From NCBI GenBank assembly GCA_965649765.1, contig OZ287751.1, positions 50,096,001 to 50,160,000 of the forward strand: DNA of 64,000 nt, in the 5' to 3' direction. Position 1 is the first letter of the stretch. Each line of letters opens with the position of its first letter. Shown here piece by piece: positions 61,127-64,000 of the stretch. Both the position numbers and the translations under genes were made by a program. Source of the DNA: Bispira polyomma. Taxonomy: Eukaryota. The notes beneath the pieces are model-generated. The model was not told the origin of the DNA, did no database searches, and was given only the letters and a program-made list of their open reading frames with translations.

Positions 61127-61522
61127 GATAACAACTTGATTGTGTCAGACAGAGCGCTGGAGTTAAAAGTATCATCAGCACCACCCAAGTCATACTCAGG
61201 AAGTACTTTTCAAGGCCATGCTGTGGCTATAACCTGCCAAGATGATGTTATTCCAGCCCTGAAGGCAGTTTGTATGGATACGCGCGTTGCCAGAGCTGAG
61301 CACAATATTTATGCCTATCGTTTAGGAAGCAGTGACAGATTGGTAGAACATTTTGATGATGCCAGAGAATGGGGAGCTGGTAAGAACATTCTTTCAATAC
61401 TCAAAGACAATGACATTACCAATAAACTTATTGTAGTAACTCGATGGTTTGGGGGCAGACATATAGGACCAAAAAGATTCCAGTACATCAGAGACGCGGC
61501 ATCTCAAGCTTTAGGGAAATGA
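61127..61522 (+). CDS. IMPACT/YigZ (UPF0029) domain, in frame with LINE ORF1
   Basis: GSTFQGHA, AEHNIYAYR, DDAREWGAG, LIVVTRWFGGRHIGPKRFQYI match the IMPACT/YigZ conserved motifs; same frame as 60854-61126, separated only by TAG at 61124-61126. Confidence 0.85.
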   Translation, partial: DNNLIVSDRALELKVSSAPPKSYSGSTFQGHAVAITCQDDVIPALKAVCMDTRVARAEHNIYAYRLGSSDRLVEHFDDAREWGAGKNILSILKDNDITNKLIVVTRWFGGRHIGPKRFQYIRDAASQALGK

Positions 61523-61634
61523 ACACTGTAAGTTAAAAATAGTTCAGAGACAAAAGTTTTTATAATTTAATAGTATATATTTTTGAATGCATTGAATACA
61601 TTAATGGTAATACGGTAATTGTAAAGTTTAATTC

Positions 61635-61859
61635 TTTATCTTCCAGTAACTAATCTATTATAAAGACATTGATAATCTGATAACAGACAGTGTGGACATC
61701 TAAATATACGAGTACATAATGAAGTATATATTGTTTAGATAGAATTTTATCCTCCCGTACCTAATCTATTATAAAGACATTGATAATTTGATAACAGACA
61801 GTGTGGACATGTAAAGATATGAGTACATAATAAGTATATCTTGTTTAGATAGAATTTTA
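61635..61859. repeat. Direct repeat, about 111 bp x2, in the LINE inter-ORF spacer
   Basis: taatctattataaagacattgataat...gtttagatagaatttta at 61651 and 61762. Confidence 0.9.
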
Positions 61860-62669
61860 AGCACTTTGAATATGGGGTAAAAAATATGATAAATTTAATA
61901 TGAAGTATTGTGAACATTGGGTATGATATGAGGTAAACAATAATTATATGATGTATTATATACTGTTTCAATGATTATGAATATTGGATAAAATATATTG
62001 TCCAACCAGAACGTTAAGTATTATTCATATTGGATAAACCGTTAAACAATATTTATGCAAATGTAATATAAGTCAAACCCTGTCTGTTAAGTTAATTTCC
62101 CTGTTAAGTAGAATTGAATTGATGATGTGCACTACATTCTAACTTGTTAAGTGGAACGTCTGCCTAAGCAAAAGTACTCATTGTCGTCCCTTGTGTTTTG
62201 ACTTAACAGGGTTTAACTCTCAATAAAAATTCCTATTTAGATGGTATAGCTAATCCTGTCAAGATAATAGATTTAAAGAGTAGACAGACACTCAGTAATT
62301 CGGAATTGTTAAAATGAATTTCTACTGAATTGATTTATACTGTATTTTTTTTTAAAAATTAGCTATACCCACAGAATATTTGAAAACGGATAATTGGTGA
62401 GCAGACATGGTTCATGCTATTCTCTCAATTACATGTGTCTTCATTGCTCCGTACTTTTCTACTGTTTTCTTATGTGTTTGTTTATCTTTGTTATGTGTAT
62501 TTTTCTTAAATTTTAGTTCATGTTGTTACTTTACCCTTATATACTCTACTGCAGAATATATTCTTGTATGTGGAATAAACCACATCAAATGTTTGTACTT
62601 TGAGGTAAATTCTTATTATGTCACAATGCTGTTAATAGAGACTCAGACCATTCAGAAATATAATTATAG

Positions 62670-63980
62670 GAGATAATCTTAAGGTCAATAAACTGTCGAG
62701 GCTTAAGAGACACTAAAAAAAGAACAGATGTTTTACATTATCTAGAAAATTTGGGAGCAAGAATAATTTGTCTACAAGACACGCATTTGCTGGACACAGT
62801 GTGAAATCAATCAAACAAATTTGGAGGGGCGATTGCATGTTGAATGGTCGAAGGTCAAATGCAAGAGGGGTTGCAATTTTGCTAAAAGGCAATTTTGAAT
62901 ATAAAATACAATCAGTCTTCAGTGCTGACATTGGAAATCTTATCTCTCTTGATCTCCAATTAAGTAATCTCTCCATTAAGATTATTAATATTTACGCGCC
63001 AAATACAAACTCGCCTGATTTCTTTAAAAACATTCAAGAAATGATCAATTTAAGTCAGCAGGACTATATAATAATATGTGGCGATTTTAATTTGGCATTA
63101 GAACCCTCAGTTGACACTAGAAACTATAAATACATCAATAATCCTAAAGCTCGCAACTCTTTACTCCACACAATGAATGTTTGTAGCTTGACCGATGCAT
63201 TTCGATACTTTCATCTAAATAGTAAAAGATATACATGGCGAAGGAAAACTCCAATGCAGCAAGCGCGATTAGATTATTTTATTGTTTCAAATTCACTACT
63301 AGATCTAATAAATGACTGTAACATAAAGCCTGGCTATCGCACAGATCATTCAATAATTGAATTAAACCTGTTACTCTGCAAATTTGAAAGAGGCAAAGGA
63401 GTATGGAAGTTTAACTGTTCACTGTTGAAAGACCCCGATTATCTGAGGATGATAAACACATTAATAGAAACTGAAAAGCAAGAGTCCGCTGTTCCAGTTT
63501 ATAACTTTGAAAACTTTGATAAGATCCCAGATACAGACTTGAAATTTATAATAATTGATATTTATAATCTATTCCTTGAATTATTGCTTCTTAAAATGAG
63601 AGGTGAAACGGTAAAATTTGCTTCAAGGTTAAAAAAGAGCTTGAATACAAAAGAAAAAGAGCTCATGGCTGATATTGAAATGCTAGAGAAAAATGTAAAT
63701 ATACGTAATTTTGATCTGTTTGAGGACAAAAAGAAAGAATTGCAAGCAATAAGAGATGAAAAGGTCAAAAGGGATAGCTATAAGATCTAGGACCCAATGG
63801 TTAAAAGACAGAGAGAAACCCTCCAAATATTTTTGTGCATTAGAACGTTACAACTATCTTGAAAAAACAGTAAAACATGTAGTAAGACCAGATGGTCAAA
63901 TTGTCACAGATCAAAACAAAATTTTATTAGAACTAAAAAACTTTTATCAATTATTATTTAAAAATAATGATAAATCTTGA
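62670..63980 (+). pseudogene. LINE ORF2 N-terminus: APE-type endonuclease, frameshifted
   Basis: SINCRGL, ICLQDTH, RGVAIL, NIYAPN, CGDFN, YTW, RLDYF, TDHS, WKFN.SLL, EKPSKYF. Confidence 0.9.
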
Positions 63981-64000
63981 CTAAAATAAATCTTGAAAAT

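Larger units (their letters stand above)
60419..64000 (+). mobile_element. L1/Tx1-type LINE, 5' portion (ORF1 with IMPACT domain, 1.1-kb spacer, ORF2 endonuclease), decayed, runs off the window
   Basis: ORF1 coiled coil plus RSMKDNLVFYNIKE, FD*VHRLG, RPIVAKF; ORF2 APE motifs. Confidence 0.9.

Noticed and set aside
61127-61522. Host IMPACT gene or bacterial yigZ contamination
   Set aside because: There is no RWD domain, no introns and no ATG of its own near the start. It is in frame with LINE ORF1, and the flanks are retroelement sequence.

Overview
AT-rich animal genomic DNA, probably a mollusc or other lophotrochozoan (inferred from the SINE, L2, Tx1 and DIRS content); it is not prokaryotic. 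Almost the whole window is one spliced minus-strand gene. I traced 32 coding exons (59901 down to the TAG at 3197) that join in frame to at least 1703 aa of coiled coil. Its C-terminal part resembles PMFBP1 (PMFBP1/CCDC18-like, from recalled sequence), and its 5' end lies beyond the window. The introns hold: a 5'-truncated L1/Tx1-type LINE split by a full-length but decayed DIRS1-type tyrosine-recombinase retrotransposon (48405-54315); a second L1/Tx1-type LINE (about 60419-64000); two L2/CR1 remnants; tRNA-derived SINEs; old MITEs; and many minisatellites. Three observations stand out. (1) ORF1 of the second LINE continues in frame into an IMPACT/YigZ (UPF0029) domain. (2) Many minisatellites are amplified copies of the gene's own exon-intron junctions, and several units read as intron plus in-frame micro-exon cassettes. 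(3) Exon lengths are strongly quantised in heptads. All coordinates and translations were derived by hand; no database searches were run.
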